Source of the DNA: Acidobacteriota bacterium
Lineage (GTDB): Bacteria; Acidobacteriota; UBA6911; RPQK01; JADFOI01
DNA: 64,000 bases
Assembly (NCBI GenBank): GCA_963663035.1
Contig: OY760074.1
Coordinates: 3,296,001-3,360,000 of the forward strand
Reading direction: 5' to 3'
This document shows, piece by piece, positions 46,440-56,096 of the stretch. How positions within the stretch are numbered: the stretch's first letter is position 1; each line of letters opens with the position of its first letter. Below the pieces are notes generated by a model. It worked only from the letters and a program-made list of their open reading frames with translations, made no database searches and had not been told where the DNA came from. Made by a program: the position numbers and the translations under genes.

Positions 46440-47692
46440 GCAGGTGTCTCGACGGGAGCCAGTCTTTCCTCTGCCTCAAACCAGTCACGAAAAACCTTCA
46501 AATTGGGTCGCAGGGTCACATCGACTTCGAACTGGGACTCGAAAACATCCAGGGTTTTATACCCATTTCCGGTAATCGCCACCACGATGCTCTCCTCAGG
46601 ATTGATGCGCTTCTGCTGGAGCAGTTTCATCGTTGCCGCCAATGTGGTCCCGCCAGCGGGCTCGGTGAAGATCCCTTCCGTTTCTGCCAGCAACTCTATG
46701 GCCTCCAGGATCTCGCTATCGCTGGCAGTCGCTCCCCAGCCACCCGAGCTGCGGACTTCTTGAAGGACATAGATACCGTCTGCCGGATTGCCGATTGCGA
46801 TTGACTTGGCCAAGGTGTGAGGCTTTTCCGGATTGATATGGTCCAGGCCCTGGAGAAGTGCTCGAACGACCGGGGCACAGCCCTCTGCCTGTGCAGAATA
46901 GATCCGGCATTTCCCCTTAGCCCATCCCAGCTCGGTGAGCTCATGAAAGGCCCTGGCAACTTTGGGCAGGAGCGTTCCGCCGGCAGTGGGCAGGACTAAA
47001 TGGTCCGGCAGTCTCCAGCCCAGCTGCTCGGCGATCTCATAACCCATGGTTTTGGCACCTTCGGTGTAGTAGGGCCTGAGATTGACGTTCACAAATCCCC
47101 ACCCGTAATGATCGCCGATCTCAGCACACAGACGGTTTACGTCGTCATAATTCCCTTCCAGGGCCACCACTTTTGGTTTGCAGATGAGTGAGCCGTCGAT
47201 CTTGGCTGCTTCAATATCCTGTGGAATGAAGAGCAGACAAGGAAATCCTGCTTGGGCGCAGTGAGCTGCAACCGCGTTCGCGAGATTTCCGGTGGAGGCA
47301 CAGGAGAAGACGGTGTAACCCAGTTCAGCTCCTCGACTCAAGGCAACGGACACGACCCGGTCCTTGTAGGAGAGGGTGGGATGGTTGACGGAATCGTCCT
47401 TTAAATAGAGTTCCTTGACCCCAAGATGCTCGGCCAGGCGCCTGGCTTTGATCAAAGGTGTATAGCCCGAATGGAAGCCTGTAATGGGTTCTCCCATCAC
47501 AGGAAGCAACTCCCGATAGCGCCAAAGATTCTGCTCACGCTGGGCGATAATCTTGGGATTCAGATCGGACTGGATTTTGGAGTAGTCATAGAGGACTTCC
47601 AGGGGGCCAAAACACTCCAGACAGATGAAACTTCGATCGGCCGGATACTCAGTCCCACAGTGTTTGCACCTTAAGCCTTTGACATAACTCAT
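46436..47692 (-). CDS. thrC: Threonine synthase-like PLP enzyme
   Basis: N-terminal CxxC..CxxC, PTLSYKDR (PLP lysine), CASTGN, EGAKT, SIAIGNP and ITGNGYK. Actual activity uncertain (see findings). Confidence 0.75.
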   Translation of the reverse strand: MSYVKGLRCKHCGTEYPADRSFICLECFGPLEVLYDYSKIQSDLNPKIIAQREQNLWRYRELLPVMGEPITGFHSGYTPLIKARRLAEHLGVKELYLKDDSVNHPTLSYKDRVVSVALSRGAELGYTVFSCASTGNLANAVAAHCAQAGFPCLLFIPQDIEAAKIDGSLICKPKVVALEGNYDDVNRLCAEIGDHYGWGFVNVNLRPYYTEGAKTMGYEIAEQLGWRLPDHLVLPTAGGTLLPKVARAFHELTELGWAKGKCRIYSAQAEGCAPVVRALLQGLDHINPEKPHTLAKSIAIGNPADGIYVLQEVRSSGGWGATASDSEILEAIELLAETEGIFTEPAGGTTLAATMKLLQQKRINPEESIVVAITGNGYKTLDVFESQFEVDVTLRPNLKVFRDWFEAEERLAPVETPA

Positions 47693-47787
47693 GCAGCAAC
47701 CTTCTCCTCTCTGGAAACGGCTCGCACCGTCTCAAGGGGGCACCAGCCGGCAGAAGCGACTTCAGCCCCCGAAAGGTCCAAGTTGAT

Positions 47788-47817
47788 AAAAAAAAGCCCT
47801 TTCTGGAAAGAAAGGGC
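47788..47817 (-). terminator. Intrinsic terminator of the riboswitch expression platform
   Basis: GCCCTTTCT-TTCC-AGAAAGGGC followed by a T run. Confidence 0.85.
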
Positions 47818-47836
47818 CTCGATAGCTTTCGACGCC

Positions 47837-47939
47837 GAACTTATCTTCCAGATCGAGCTGCAGGAATTAGCACCACACCTCAAGGGTTGGTTGCTGTGGC
47901 ATCGACGGGCCCGTTCCCTCCGCCACTCCTGATAAGTTC
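47837..47939 (-). ncRNA. SAM-I (S-box) riboswitch
   Basis: GAACTTATCAGGAGTGGCGGAGGGAACGGGCCCGTCGATGCCACAGCAACC...GGTGCTAATTCCTGCAG...CTGGAAGATAAGTTC has the canonical SAM-I core and a perfect P1. Confidence 0.95.
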
Positions 47940-47947
47940 AAAGTGTG

Positions 47948-47977
47948 ATAATACGACCAGTTCAGCTATTCTGTCAA
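47948..47977 (-). promoter_or_regulatory. Putative sigma70 promoter of riboswitch leader
   Basis: TTGACA-18 nt-TATTAT just upstream of the aptamer. Confidence 0.55.
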
Positions 47978-47991
47978 GTAGGGAGAAGCCT

Positions 47992-49464
47992 GTGAGAACT
48001 CTCACCAGAAAAGTTTTGCAGACAATTCACCGATATCAGCTTCTGAAAGAGGGAGATCGGGTCATTGTCGCCCTTTCAGGAGGCGCCGACTCGGTCGCAC
48101 TTCTGCTGGCCTTGAAGGAGTTAGAGGAGAGTTTTTCACTTCGACTCTGTGCGGCCCACCTGAATCACCAGTTGAGGGGAAGCGAATCTGACCAGGATGA
48201 GCAATTCGTGCAGCGCCTTTGCCAGCAGTTTGAACTTCCCATTGAGGTCAAGGGTGTCAACACGCAGCAGGAGATGCGAAAGAGTGGAGAGAACCTGGAG
48301 AGCTGCGCGCGGAGACTGCGCTATGATTTTCTCTTTCAATTGGCGCTGAAAGAAGGCAGTAAAGTAGCAACCGGGCACACACTCAATGATCAGGCTGAAA
48401 CTTTCTTGATGAAGCTGGTTCGAGGAGCTGGGCCAGGTGGTCTTTCCGGGATCTGCCCATTGCGAGTCCATCAGATTGGAACTCCCCAGGGACCTCTTTC
48501 CGTCACCGTCGTGAGACCGCTCCTTGAGGTTCGGCGCCAGGAGGTTCTGGATTTCCTGGCGGATCAAAACCAGAGTTTCCGGGTCGATAGCTCTAATCAA
48601 GATCTCAGCTTTGACAGAAATTGGGTCCGTCATCAGCTCATCCCGCTGCTGAAGGAAAAACTGAATCCGGCACTGCTGGAGACTCTCCAGAGAACAACTG
48701 AGCTCTTTAGAGAAGTTGAGGAGTTCCTGGCCCATCAAGGAAAAGAGGCCTTTGAGCGGTGCAGGTTAGGCGAGTCTCCAGAAACGAGGCTCAGCATTAA
48801 GGAGCTGGGAGACTGTCCCGCCATAATCGCAAAGGAGGTTGTTCGACGCGCCGTAGCGGCCGCCAAGGGAGATCTACGCGACATCAACCTCAAGCACATT
48901 GAGGAAATCCTCCAGGTGAGTCGCACGCTCAGTGGAAAGGAGACACATTTGCCCGGAGGGTTGAAAGTCCAGCGAGAATTTGGCGATTTACGGTTTACTC
49001 TGGAATCACCTCCCGGCTTCTTTTCGTATCAACTGAAGGTCCCGGGTGAACTTTTCGTGAGGGAAGTGTCTAAGCATGTGGTGGCGCGGAGAGAGAGAAA
49101 GAAAGAGAGGGAAGGGGAGAAATCTGTTGTGATCAAGTGGAGTGGCGAGAGCCTGACCATTCGTAATCGCCGCCCTGGAGATGTGTACCGCACTTCCTTG
49201 GACGCTGAGGGAAAGAAGCTCAAGGAGCTGTTTCAAAAAAACAAGATTCCCAAGAGCCAGCGAGACAAACTGGTGATTGTTGAAGGAGACAACGAGATTA
49301 TCTGGGTAGAGGGTTTCCCTGCTCCGCCGAAGTATCGAGCCTCTCGGAGTAGTGCACGAACCGTGGAAATCCAGGTACGAAATGAAACTTCGGATGGCGA
49401 AAAGCTTCTAAAAGAAGGAGAGAAGAATTCGGAAAATGAAACAAGCCCAGGAAGAAACGCGTAA
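47992..49464 (+). CDS. tilS: tRNA(Ile)-lysidine synthetase
   Basis: ALSGGADS, HLNHQLRG, ARRLRY, TGHTLNDQAET, RPLL, DSSN and RNWVRH. Start GTG 47992. Confidence 0.95.
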   Translation: MRTLTRKVLQTIHRYQLLKEGDRVIVALSGGADSVALLLALKELEESFSLRLCAAHLNHQLRGSESDQDEQFVQRLCQQFELPIEVKGVNTQQEMRKSGENLESCARRLRYDFLFQLALKEGSKVATGHTLNDQAETFLMKLVRGAGPGGLSGICPLRVHQIGTPQGPLSVTVVRPLLEVRRQEVLDFLADQNQSFRVDSSNQDLSFDRNWVRHQLIPLLKEKLNPALLETLQRTTELFREVEEFLAHQGKEAFERCRLGESPETRLSIKELGDCPAIIAKEVVRRAVAAAKGDLRDINLKHIEEILQVSRTLSGKETHLPGGLKVQREFGDLRFTLESPPGFFSYQLKVPGELFVREVSKHVVARRERKKEREGEKSVVIKWSGESLTIRNRRPGDVYRTSLDAEGKKLKELFQKNKIPKSQRDKLVIVEGDNEIIWVEGFPAPPKYRASRSSARTVEIQVRNETSDGEKLLKEGEKNSENETSPGRNA

Positions 49465-49578
49465 AAGAAAGCAGCTGCCTGCACAGTTGGCTAACAAGGG
49501 CTCAATAGCCTATAATGTAAGTGGCGACGCCTTCAGGGCGGCCTGGGCCCTCTCAGTTCTGGTTGGAGGTTTTGAAAG

Positions 49579-51525
49579 TTGAACATCACTGCTAAAAACG
49601 TTTTTCTCTGGATTGTCATCATCGTGGCTGTGGTCGTTCTATGGAATTTCCTCAACACAGTTCGCAGCGGCAATATCGATGAGCTGAACTACTCTGAATT
49701 CACCTCTCTGGTGAAGGAGGACAAGCTGAGAAGTTACCCCACCTCTCCCGTCACCTTGACCGGAAACGAAGTAGAGGGCAAATACCTTGACTCTGGTACT
49801 GATACAGAGCGCCAGTTTCGAGTGATCATTCCCAAGGGATCTGAGGAAACCATTGCCAATACCCTGAACGAAAAGGACATCATTGTCCGAGTCAACGACG
49901 ATGAGCAGAACTCTTTCGTGTACATGCTCCTGACCTCCTGGTTTCCCATTATCCTCTTCGTGGGCTTCTGGATTTTTCTGATGCGGCAGATGCAAAGTGG
50001 TGGAAACAGGGCGCTTTCCTTTGGAAAGAGCCGTGCTAAATTATCCACCAGCAATCAGAAGAAGGTTACCTTTAAAGACGTGGCCGGGGTGGAGGAAGCC
50101 AAAGAGGAACTTCAGGAAATCATTGAATTCCTCAAAGAACCTCAAAAATTCCAGAAGTTGGGCGGACGGATTCCCAAAGGTGTGCTCCTGATGGGCCCGC
50201 CCGGGACGGGAAAGACTCTCTTGGCTCGAGCCATTGCTGGGGAAGCAAGCGTCCCATTCTTCAGCATCAGTGGGTCTGATTTTGTTGAGATGTTTGTCGG
50301 TGTGGGGGCAAGTCGTGTCAGAGATCTTTTTGACCAGGGAAAAAAGAATGCTCCCTGCATCATCTTCATTGATGAGATTGACGCCGTTGGGCGACATCGT
50401 GGTGCCGGTCTGGGAGGAGGTCATGACGAAAGAGAACAAACTCTGAACCAGTTACTGGTGGAAATGGATGGTTTCGAGACCAACGAGGGGGTGATTCTCA
50501 TTGCTGCCACCAACCGCCCCGATGTCCTGGATCCTGCTCTGTTACGCCCTGGCCGCTTTGATCGTGAAATCGTGGTGACACTGCCCGATATCAAGGGAAG
50601 GGAAGGCATCCTCAAAGTCCACACTCGGCGAATTCCGTTGGGGAAGGACTTCAATATCTCGATTCTCGCTCGAGGAACCCCGGGATTCTCGGGAGCCCAG
50701 TTGGCGAATTTGGTCAATGAGGCGGCTCTCAATGCGGCCAGATTCAGCCACACCGCTGTGACCATGGACGACTTCGAAGAAGCGAAAGATAAAGTGTTGA
50801 TGGGCAAGGAGCGAAAGTCCATGATCATGAGCGACCAGGAGAAGCGCAATACTGCCTATCACGAAGCAGGTCATGCCCTTGTGGCCTCTAAGGTTCCCGA
50901 GGCCGATCCGTTGCACAAAGTCACCATTATCCCTCGGGGACGAGCCTTGGGTGTGACGATGCAGCTCCCCGAGGAAGATAAGTACAGCTACACCAAAGAA
51001 TACATGGAAGCTTCCGTCGCTATTCTTCTGGGCGGGCGAGCTGCGGAAGAAATCTTTCTGGGAAGCTGCACCACAGGTGCCTCCAATGATCTGGAACGGG
51101 TAACGGAGCGAGCGCGAAAAATGGTGTGTGAATGGGGTATGAGCGAAGAAATGGGACCCTTGACCTACGGTAAGAAGGAAGAACAGATCTTCCTGGGCAG
51201 GGAGATCGCACAGCACCAGGATTACAGTGAAGCAACTGCTATGGAGATCGACCAGGAAGTCAAGAAAGTTGTGCTGAAAGGTAACGCCCTTGCCCGCAAA
51301 ATTTTGGAAAAGAACCGGAAAGCCCTGATTAGGGTGGCGGAAGCCCTCTTGGAGTACGAAACCCTGGATGCTGAAGAGATCAAACTTGTCATCAAGGGCG
51401 GCAAGATCCAGCGGGAACTTGAAGTGGAAACCCCCAGTGAGCCTGAGCCCAAGCAGGAAGAGAAGGAGCGAAAAAAGTCGCTGCCGTCTCTGGCCAAGCC
51501 TGACGAACGTCCAGCCCCCGCGTAG
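49579..51525 (+). CDS. ftsH: ATP-dependent zinc metalloprotease FtsH
   Basis: Two TMs, [21 protein letters not shown] and HEAGH. Confidence 0.98.
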   Translation: MNITAKNVFLWIVIIVAVVVLWNFLNTVRSGNIDELNYSEFTSLVKEDKLRSYPTSPVTLTGNEVEGKYLDSGTDTERQFRVIIPKGSEETIANTLNEKDIIVRVNDDEQNSFVYMLLTSWFPIILFVGFWIFLMRQMQSGGNRALSFGKSRAKLSTSNQKKVTFKDVAGVEEAKEELQEIIEFLKEPQKFQKLGGRIPKGVLLMGPPGTGKTLLARAIAGEASVPFFSISGSDFVEMFVGVGASRVRDLFDQGKKNAPCIIFIDEIDAVGRHRGAGLGGGHDEREQTLNQLLVEMDGFETNEGVILIAATNRPDVLDPALLRPGRFDREIVVTLPDIKGREGILKVHTRRIPLGKDFNISILARGTPGFSGAQLANLVNEAALNAARFSHTAVTMDDFEEAKDKVLMGKERKSMIMSDQEKRNTAYHEAGHALVASKVPEADPLHKVTIIPRGRALGVTMQLPEEDKYSYTKEYMEASVAILLGGRAAEEIFLGSCTTGASNDLERVTERARKMVCEWGMSEEMGPLTYGKKEEQIFLGREIAQHQDYSEATAMEIDQEVKKVVLKGNALARKILEKNRKALIRVAEALLEYETLDAEEIKLVIKGGKIQRELEVETPSEPEPKQEEKERKKSLPSLAKPDERPAPA

Positions 51526-51590
51526 CTGCTTGAGCCAGGAACCTTTTACTTTTCTTCTGGGCCCGGCTTCCGATTGGCTCCAAGGTGTCG

Positions 51591-52451
51591 ATGTTCAGAA
51601 GAGCCTATGTTCTACAGGCCCGCGATAAAAGACTGGAACTCGGAAGACGTACACGGGTCATGGGAGTGGTCAATATTACTCCCGACTCCTTTTCTGATGG
51701 AGGCCGCTTTCTCGAGCGTTCAAAAGCAGTTGAATGCTGTTTGCAGTTGGTTGAGGGTGGCGCACACATTCTCGATTTGGGAGGGGAATCTTCCCGCCCT
51801 GGGGCCCAGCCGGTTTCAGCTGATGAGGAATTGGAGCGGATCTTACCCGTGCTGCAGGAGGTTCGTAAGCAGGTGTCCGTGCTTATCTCGATTGACACCT
51901 ATAAATCTGTGGTGGCCCGCGAGACATTGAAAGAAGGTGCAGATATCGTGAATGACATCAGTGCGTTTGGCTTTGATCCCGAACTGCCTCAGGTCGTCGC
52001 GGAATGGGATGCGGCAGTGGTGCTGATGCACATGCGTGGAACTCCCCAAACCATGCAAGAGATTTCTCCCAGCCAGGATATCCTCGAAGAAGTTCAAAGT
52101 GATTTGAAGGCTGCTGTATCGAAAGCCTTCGAACATGGGATATCCAAAGAGAGGATGATCATCGATCCTGGTATCGGTTTCGGCAAAACCGTTGAAGACA
52201 ATTGCAAGATCTTGAACCGGTTGTCGTTTCTCGAGACCTTCGATTTACCGATAATGGTGGGAACTTCTCGAAAGAGTTTCCTTGGCAAAATTTTAGGCCT
52301 TTCCGCTCAAGAGCGAATTTGGGGTAGTGCAGCGTCGGTGGCGATTGCCATCATGCGGGGAGCCCACATCGTGAGACTACACGATGTGGCAGAGATGGAC
52401 CAGGTCGCCCAAATCAGTGATGCCGTCCTGGCGGAGAGTCCTGTGCAATAA
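51591..52451 (+). CDS. folP: Dihydropteroate synthase
   Basis: MGVVNITPDSFSDGG, GGESSRPG, DPGIGFGK, SRKS and RLHDV. Confidence 0.97.
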   Translation: MFRRAYVLQARDKRLELGRRTRVMGVVNITPDSFSDGGRFLERSKAVECCLQLVEGGAHILDLGGESSRPGAQPVSADEELERILPVLQEVRKQVSVLISIDTYKSVVARETLKEGADIVNDISAFGFDPELPQVVAEWDAAVVLMHMRGTPQTMQEISPSQDILEEVQSDLKAAVSKAFEHGISKERMIIDPGIGFGKTVEDNCKILNRLSFLETFDLPIMVGTSRKSFLGKILGLSAQERIWGSAASVAIAIMRGAHIVRLHDVAEMDQVAQISDAVLAESPVQ

Positions 52452-53263
52452 TGGCCTTTCTTCAGCTTGATCTTCCGGATGTCATTGACATCCTGGTCAT
52501 CGCCTTCATTATCTATCGCCTGTTGCTCCTGATTAAGGGTACCCGCGGATGGCAGATGACCCTGGGCATTACCTCGCTGTTCTTAATTTACTACCTGGCC
52601 GGTTTCCTGGGATTGAGAACGATCGAATTAGTGTTGGCCAAGTTCTTTCCCTACTTCATCTTTGCCCTGGTGGTGATCTTTCAGTCAGAGATTCGCAGAG
52701 GACTGGCTCAAATAGGAAAGGGACGTTTCTTTCTCCGACTCTCAGCTAAGAAGAGTCAGGAACAATTCGATGAAATTGTCCTGGCTGCCACCACCCTCTC
52801 CAGCCAGAGAATAGGAGGGCTGATTGTCATCGAGAGAGACATAGGACTCAAGAACTACATTGAAAGTGGGATCAAGCTGGATGCCTTTATGACTTATGAT
52901 CTTCTGGTCACGATTTTTAATCCCAAGACCCCCTTACATGATGGTGCTGTCATCGTACAGGGAGACCGAATCAGTGCAGCCGCATGCTTTCTTCCACTGA
53001 CTCTGGATCCCTACTTGAGTAAGGAACTGGGTACCCGACACCGGGCTGCCATTGGAATCACCGAGGAAACCGACGCGGTTGCTATAGTCGTTTCTGAGGA
53101 GACCGGTAAGACCTCGGCTGTTTTTGGCGGAGAGATTATGCGCAATCTAGATGGACCTCGCTTACTGAAGGTTTTGCAGAAAACGGTAGCCGGCCAGGCA
53201 GAGGTCTTACCCATTCAAACCGAACAGCGGAGTGAAACAGAGCCGCAGCAGGAAGCGGTATGA
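52451..53263 (+). CDS. dacA: Diadenylate cyclase CdaA
   Basis: Three TMs, LHDGA, GTRHRAA and VSEETG. Confidence 0.95.
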   Translation: MAFLQLDLPDVIDILVIAFIIYRLLLLIKGTRGWQMTLGITSLFLIYYLAGFLGLRTIELVLAKFFPYFIFALVVIFQSEIRRGLAQIGKGRFFLRLSAKKSQEQFDEIVLAATTLSSQRIGGLIVIERDIGLKNYIESGIKLDAFMTYDLLVTIFNPKTPLHDGAVIVQGDRISAAACFLPLTLDPYLSKELGTRHRAAIGITEETDAVAIVVSEETGKTSAVFGGEIMRNLDGPRLLKVLQKTVAGQAEVLPIQTEQRSETEPQQEAV

Positions 53264-54189
53264 AGATTTTGCGGGGGCTGGTTTTCAACAACCTTGGGTT
53301 AAAAGGAATCTCTCTTGGGCTGGCCGTGCTGGTGTGGTTTCAAGTAGCTGGCCAGCAACTTGTCCAACAGCCCCTTTTGCTGCCAGTCCAATTTGTCAAT
53401 ATGCCCCCCCAGACGGAGATTTCTAACGACTATGAGAAACAAGTGGAGGTGGTCATACGCTCCCGCAGCAGCATTCCCAGCTCCGGTGACGGAAGTCTGG
53501 CCGTCGTCATTGACTTAAGAGATGCCACTCCAGGCCCCGAAAAGTCGTTTTCTTTAAGCGAAGAAGATATCGAAGACAAGCCTTCCGGTGTGGAAATTGT
53601 CAGTATCACTCCCAACAGAATCCGCCTGTGGTTGGAGAATACAGTACAAAAGAGTGTCGAGGTAGTGCCTGAACTGGAGGGTGAGCTGGCTGAAGGGTTT
53701 GAAGTCACCAAAGTACAGGCTCAGCCGGTGCTTATTACTGGCCCCCAATCGCGGGTCGAGAAAGTATCTGAAGCTCAGACAGAACCCATCAGTATAGAGG
53801 GGCTGTCATCGACGTTGGTCCGAAACGTCTCAGTGGACATCGATGATCTTGCTCTGCGCATGGACCTGGCCACGGTGAGCGTTGTCGTCACCATTGAGGA
53901 AAAGAGGCAGGAAGTGCAGGTTCGCCGGGTCCTGATCGAGGTGCTCCCGGAGAACATTGAAGCCTCTCTGATGACCCGCAGGGCGGATCTGGTGGGGACA
54001 GTGCCTCTCTCATTTGAAGGCGAACTCACGGCAGCTGATTTTCGAGCTACGGTGAATGTCGAAGCACTGGAGCCCCAACAGGAGTCCTACGAGGTTTTCC
54101 CACAAATTACGGTATCTGAACAGTATGCTGGCATTTTCCGACTCGAATCGGTGACTCCGGAGAGTGTTAAGGTCAGAAGAATCAGGTGA
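53260..54189 (+). CDS. YbbR/CdaR-like regulator
   Basis: NLGLKGISLGLAVLVWF anchor and repeated beta domains (ITGPQSRV); lies between dacA and glmM. Confidence 0.85.
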   Translation: MKILRGLVFNNLGLKGISLGLAVLVWFQVAGQQLVQQPLLLPVQFVNMPPQTEISNDYEKQVEVVIRSRSSIPSSGDGSLAVVIDLRDATPGPEKSFSLSEEDIEDKPSGVEIVSITPNRIRLWLENTVQKSVEVVPELEGELAEGFEVTKVQAQPVLITGPQSRVEKVSEAQTEPISIEGLSSTLVRNVSVDIDDLALRMDLATVSVVVTIEEKRQEVQVRRVLIEVLPENIEASLMTRRADLVGTVPLSFEGELTAADFRATVNVEALEPQQESYEVFPQITVSEQYAGIFRLESVTPESVKVRRIR

Positions 54190-54190
54190 C

Positions 54191-55549
54191 ATGTGTGAGC
54201 TGTTCGGAACCGATGGCATTCGCGGAATAGCCGGAGAATACCCATTAGATCTTCCTACCGTTTACAAGCTGGGCAAGGCAGTGGTTCGCTCCGGCAAACG
54301 GAGCATACTGATTGGCAGAGATACTCGAGCCAGCGGACTCTGGATCGAGAAGGCACTTCAGCAAGCCATTCTCTCGCAGGGGGGAGAAGTGACTCTAGCG
54401 GACGTGATCACGACGCCTGGAGTTGCCATTCTCTCCCGCAATGTTCCATTTGATACGGGAATCGTTGTCTCGGCTTCACACAATCCTTACCAGGACAATG
54501 GGATAAAGATGTTCTCCAGAAACGGAATCAAACTGAGCGACGAGGAAGAAAGTTGGATTGAACAGGCAGTGGCCGGAGATGCGGATCTGGATTCTGTTAC
54601 AGAGATCTCTGAAGACCGGAACCAGGATGAGATCATCGCCTTGAATCAGGGATTGGTGAGCCGCTACATCGATTTCTTGCGGGCAGCCTCATCCGTGCCT
54701 ACCTTGAAGCCTTTGAAGGTAGTTCTCGATTGTGCCCATGGTGCCGCATTTCACATTGCTCCTCAGCTTTTCAAAGAGCTAGGGGCTGAGGTGATCGCTA
54801 TCAATGCCCAGCCCAATGGGCGGAACATCAATCTCAATTGTGGGGCCGTTCATCCTCAACAGATGGCCCAAACTGTCCTGGAGTCTCAAGCTTCCTTCGG
54901 CGTAGCCTTTGATGGTGATGGTGATCGCGCCATCTTCAGTGATGAAAAGGGGAACCTCCTGGATGGCGATTACACTCTCTTTATGCTGGCGCGATCTCTT
55001 CAAAAGAAGGGACAGTTGGAGTCCGGGTGTGTGGTCCTCACGGTCATGGCCAACAAAGGACTGGAGGTGGCACTGCAAAGAGAAGACATACGGACAGTGC
55101 GTACCCGGGTGGGAGATCGTTTTGTCATGGCAGAGATGCTCCGCGGAAACCACTCCTTGGGAGGAGAGCAGTCTGGACACGTCATCATGAAAGCTGGGTT
55201 CCTCGTGGGAGATGGCATCTTGAGCGCTCTGAAGATCGGCAATCTCGTGCTGGAGGAGGGTTGCTCGTTGAGTGAGCTGGCGCGGGGCTTCGAGAAGTTC
55301 CCCCAGGTTCTCATCAATGTGCGGGTCAGGGAGAAACTTGATTTCTCAAAGATCACCGAGATTCAGCGGGACATTGAGGGAGCTCAGGAAAGTCTGGGGG
55401 AGAAAGGACGAGTTATGATCCGCTACTCTGGAACAGCGCCGCTGGTGAGAATTATGCTGGAAGGAGAAAGCGCGGGAGAAATCAACAAGTATGCGGAAGG
55501 GATCGCCGCCCGCTTTCAGGAGCAGTTGGGGGAAACGGCTGACAGCTGA
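54191..55549 (+). CDS. glmM: Phosphoglucosamine mutase
   Basis: LFGTDGIRG, SASHNP, FDGDGDR, GGEQSGH and RYSGT. Confidence 0.95.
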   Translation: MCELFGTDGIRGIAGEYPLDLPTVYKLGKAVVRSGKRSILIGRDTRASGLWIEKALQQAILSQGGEVTLADVITTPGVAILSRNVPFDTGIVVSASHNPYQDNGIKMFSRNGIKLSDEEESWIEQAVAGDADLDSVTEISEDRNQDEIIALNQGLVSRYIDFLRAASSVPTLKPLKVVLDCAHGAAFHIAPQLFKELGAEVIAINAQPNGRNINLNCGAVHPQQMAQTVLESQASFGVAFDGDGDRAIFSDEKGNLLDGDYTLFMLARSLQKKGQLESGCVVLTVMANKGLEVALQREDIRTVRTRVGDRFVMAEMLRGNHSLGGEQSGHVIMKAGFLVGDGILSALKIGNLVLEEGCSLSELARGFEKFPQVLINVRVREKLDFSKITEIQRDIEGAQESLGEKGRVMIRYSGTAPLVRIMLEGESAGEINKYAEGIAARFQEQLGETADS

Positions 55550-55559
55550 CAGCTGACAA
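55539..55559. repeat. Heptamer tandem repeat (CTGACAG)x3
   Basis: CTGACAG CTGACAG CTGACAA spanning the glmM stop. Confidence 0.6.
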
Positions 55560-55562
55560 GTG

Positions 55563-56096
55563 ATGGAACCAACCAGGAGAAAGATCAAGTCCCGCCAGGA
55601 CCTTAGAGAGATCCTGGGGCAACTGAAAGCCGAGGGCAAAAGGATTGTCTTTACCAACGGGTGCTTTGATCTGCTCCATCCTGGGCACGTGCGTTATCTG
55701 GAGAAAGCGAAGGCTCAGGGGGATGTGCTGGTGGTGGCTTTGAACAGCGATGCTTCGGTGAGAGAAATCAAGGGCGGGGACCGCCCCGTGCTCTGTGAGG
55801 AGGAGCGCTGTGAGGTCATCAGTGCACTTACCAGTGTTGACTTTGTGACAACTTTTGAGGAGAGAACCCCTCAAACTATTATTGAAGAGTTGATACCGCA
55901 AGTCCTGGTAAAGGGCGGTGACTGGCCCATCGATGAGATTGTGGGCCGGCAGATTGTGGAATCCAATGGTGGAAAGGTTATTTCAGTAGATTTTGAAAAA
56001 GAATTCTCTACAACAGGCATCATTGACCGAATCCGAAGCTCAGGAAAAGAGCAAATTCCCCAGGACCGCCACCCAGATCTCTCGAAGTCTGGCTGA
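55563..56096 (+). CDS. rfaE2: D-glycero-beta-D-manno-heptose 1-phosphate adenylyltransferase (stand-alone RfaE2/HldC)
   Basis: [27 protein letters not shown] and STTGII. Confidence 0.9.
   Translation: MEPTRRKIKSRQDLREILGQLKAEGKRIVFTNGCFDLLHPGHVRYLEKAKAQGDVLVVALNSDASVREIKGGDRPVLCEEERCEVISALTSVDFVTTFEERTPQTIIEELIPQVLVKGGDWPIDEIVGRQIVESNGGKVISVDFEKEFSTTGIIDRIRSSGKEQIPQDRHPDLSKSG

Noticed and set aside
49465-49578. Absence of hpt between tilS and ftsH
   Set aside because: No remnant is visible, and gene-order variation here is ordinary.
52451-55549. c-di-AMP module dacA-ybbR-glmM in a diderm bacterium as a novelty
   Set aside because: It is a well-known conserved cluster.
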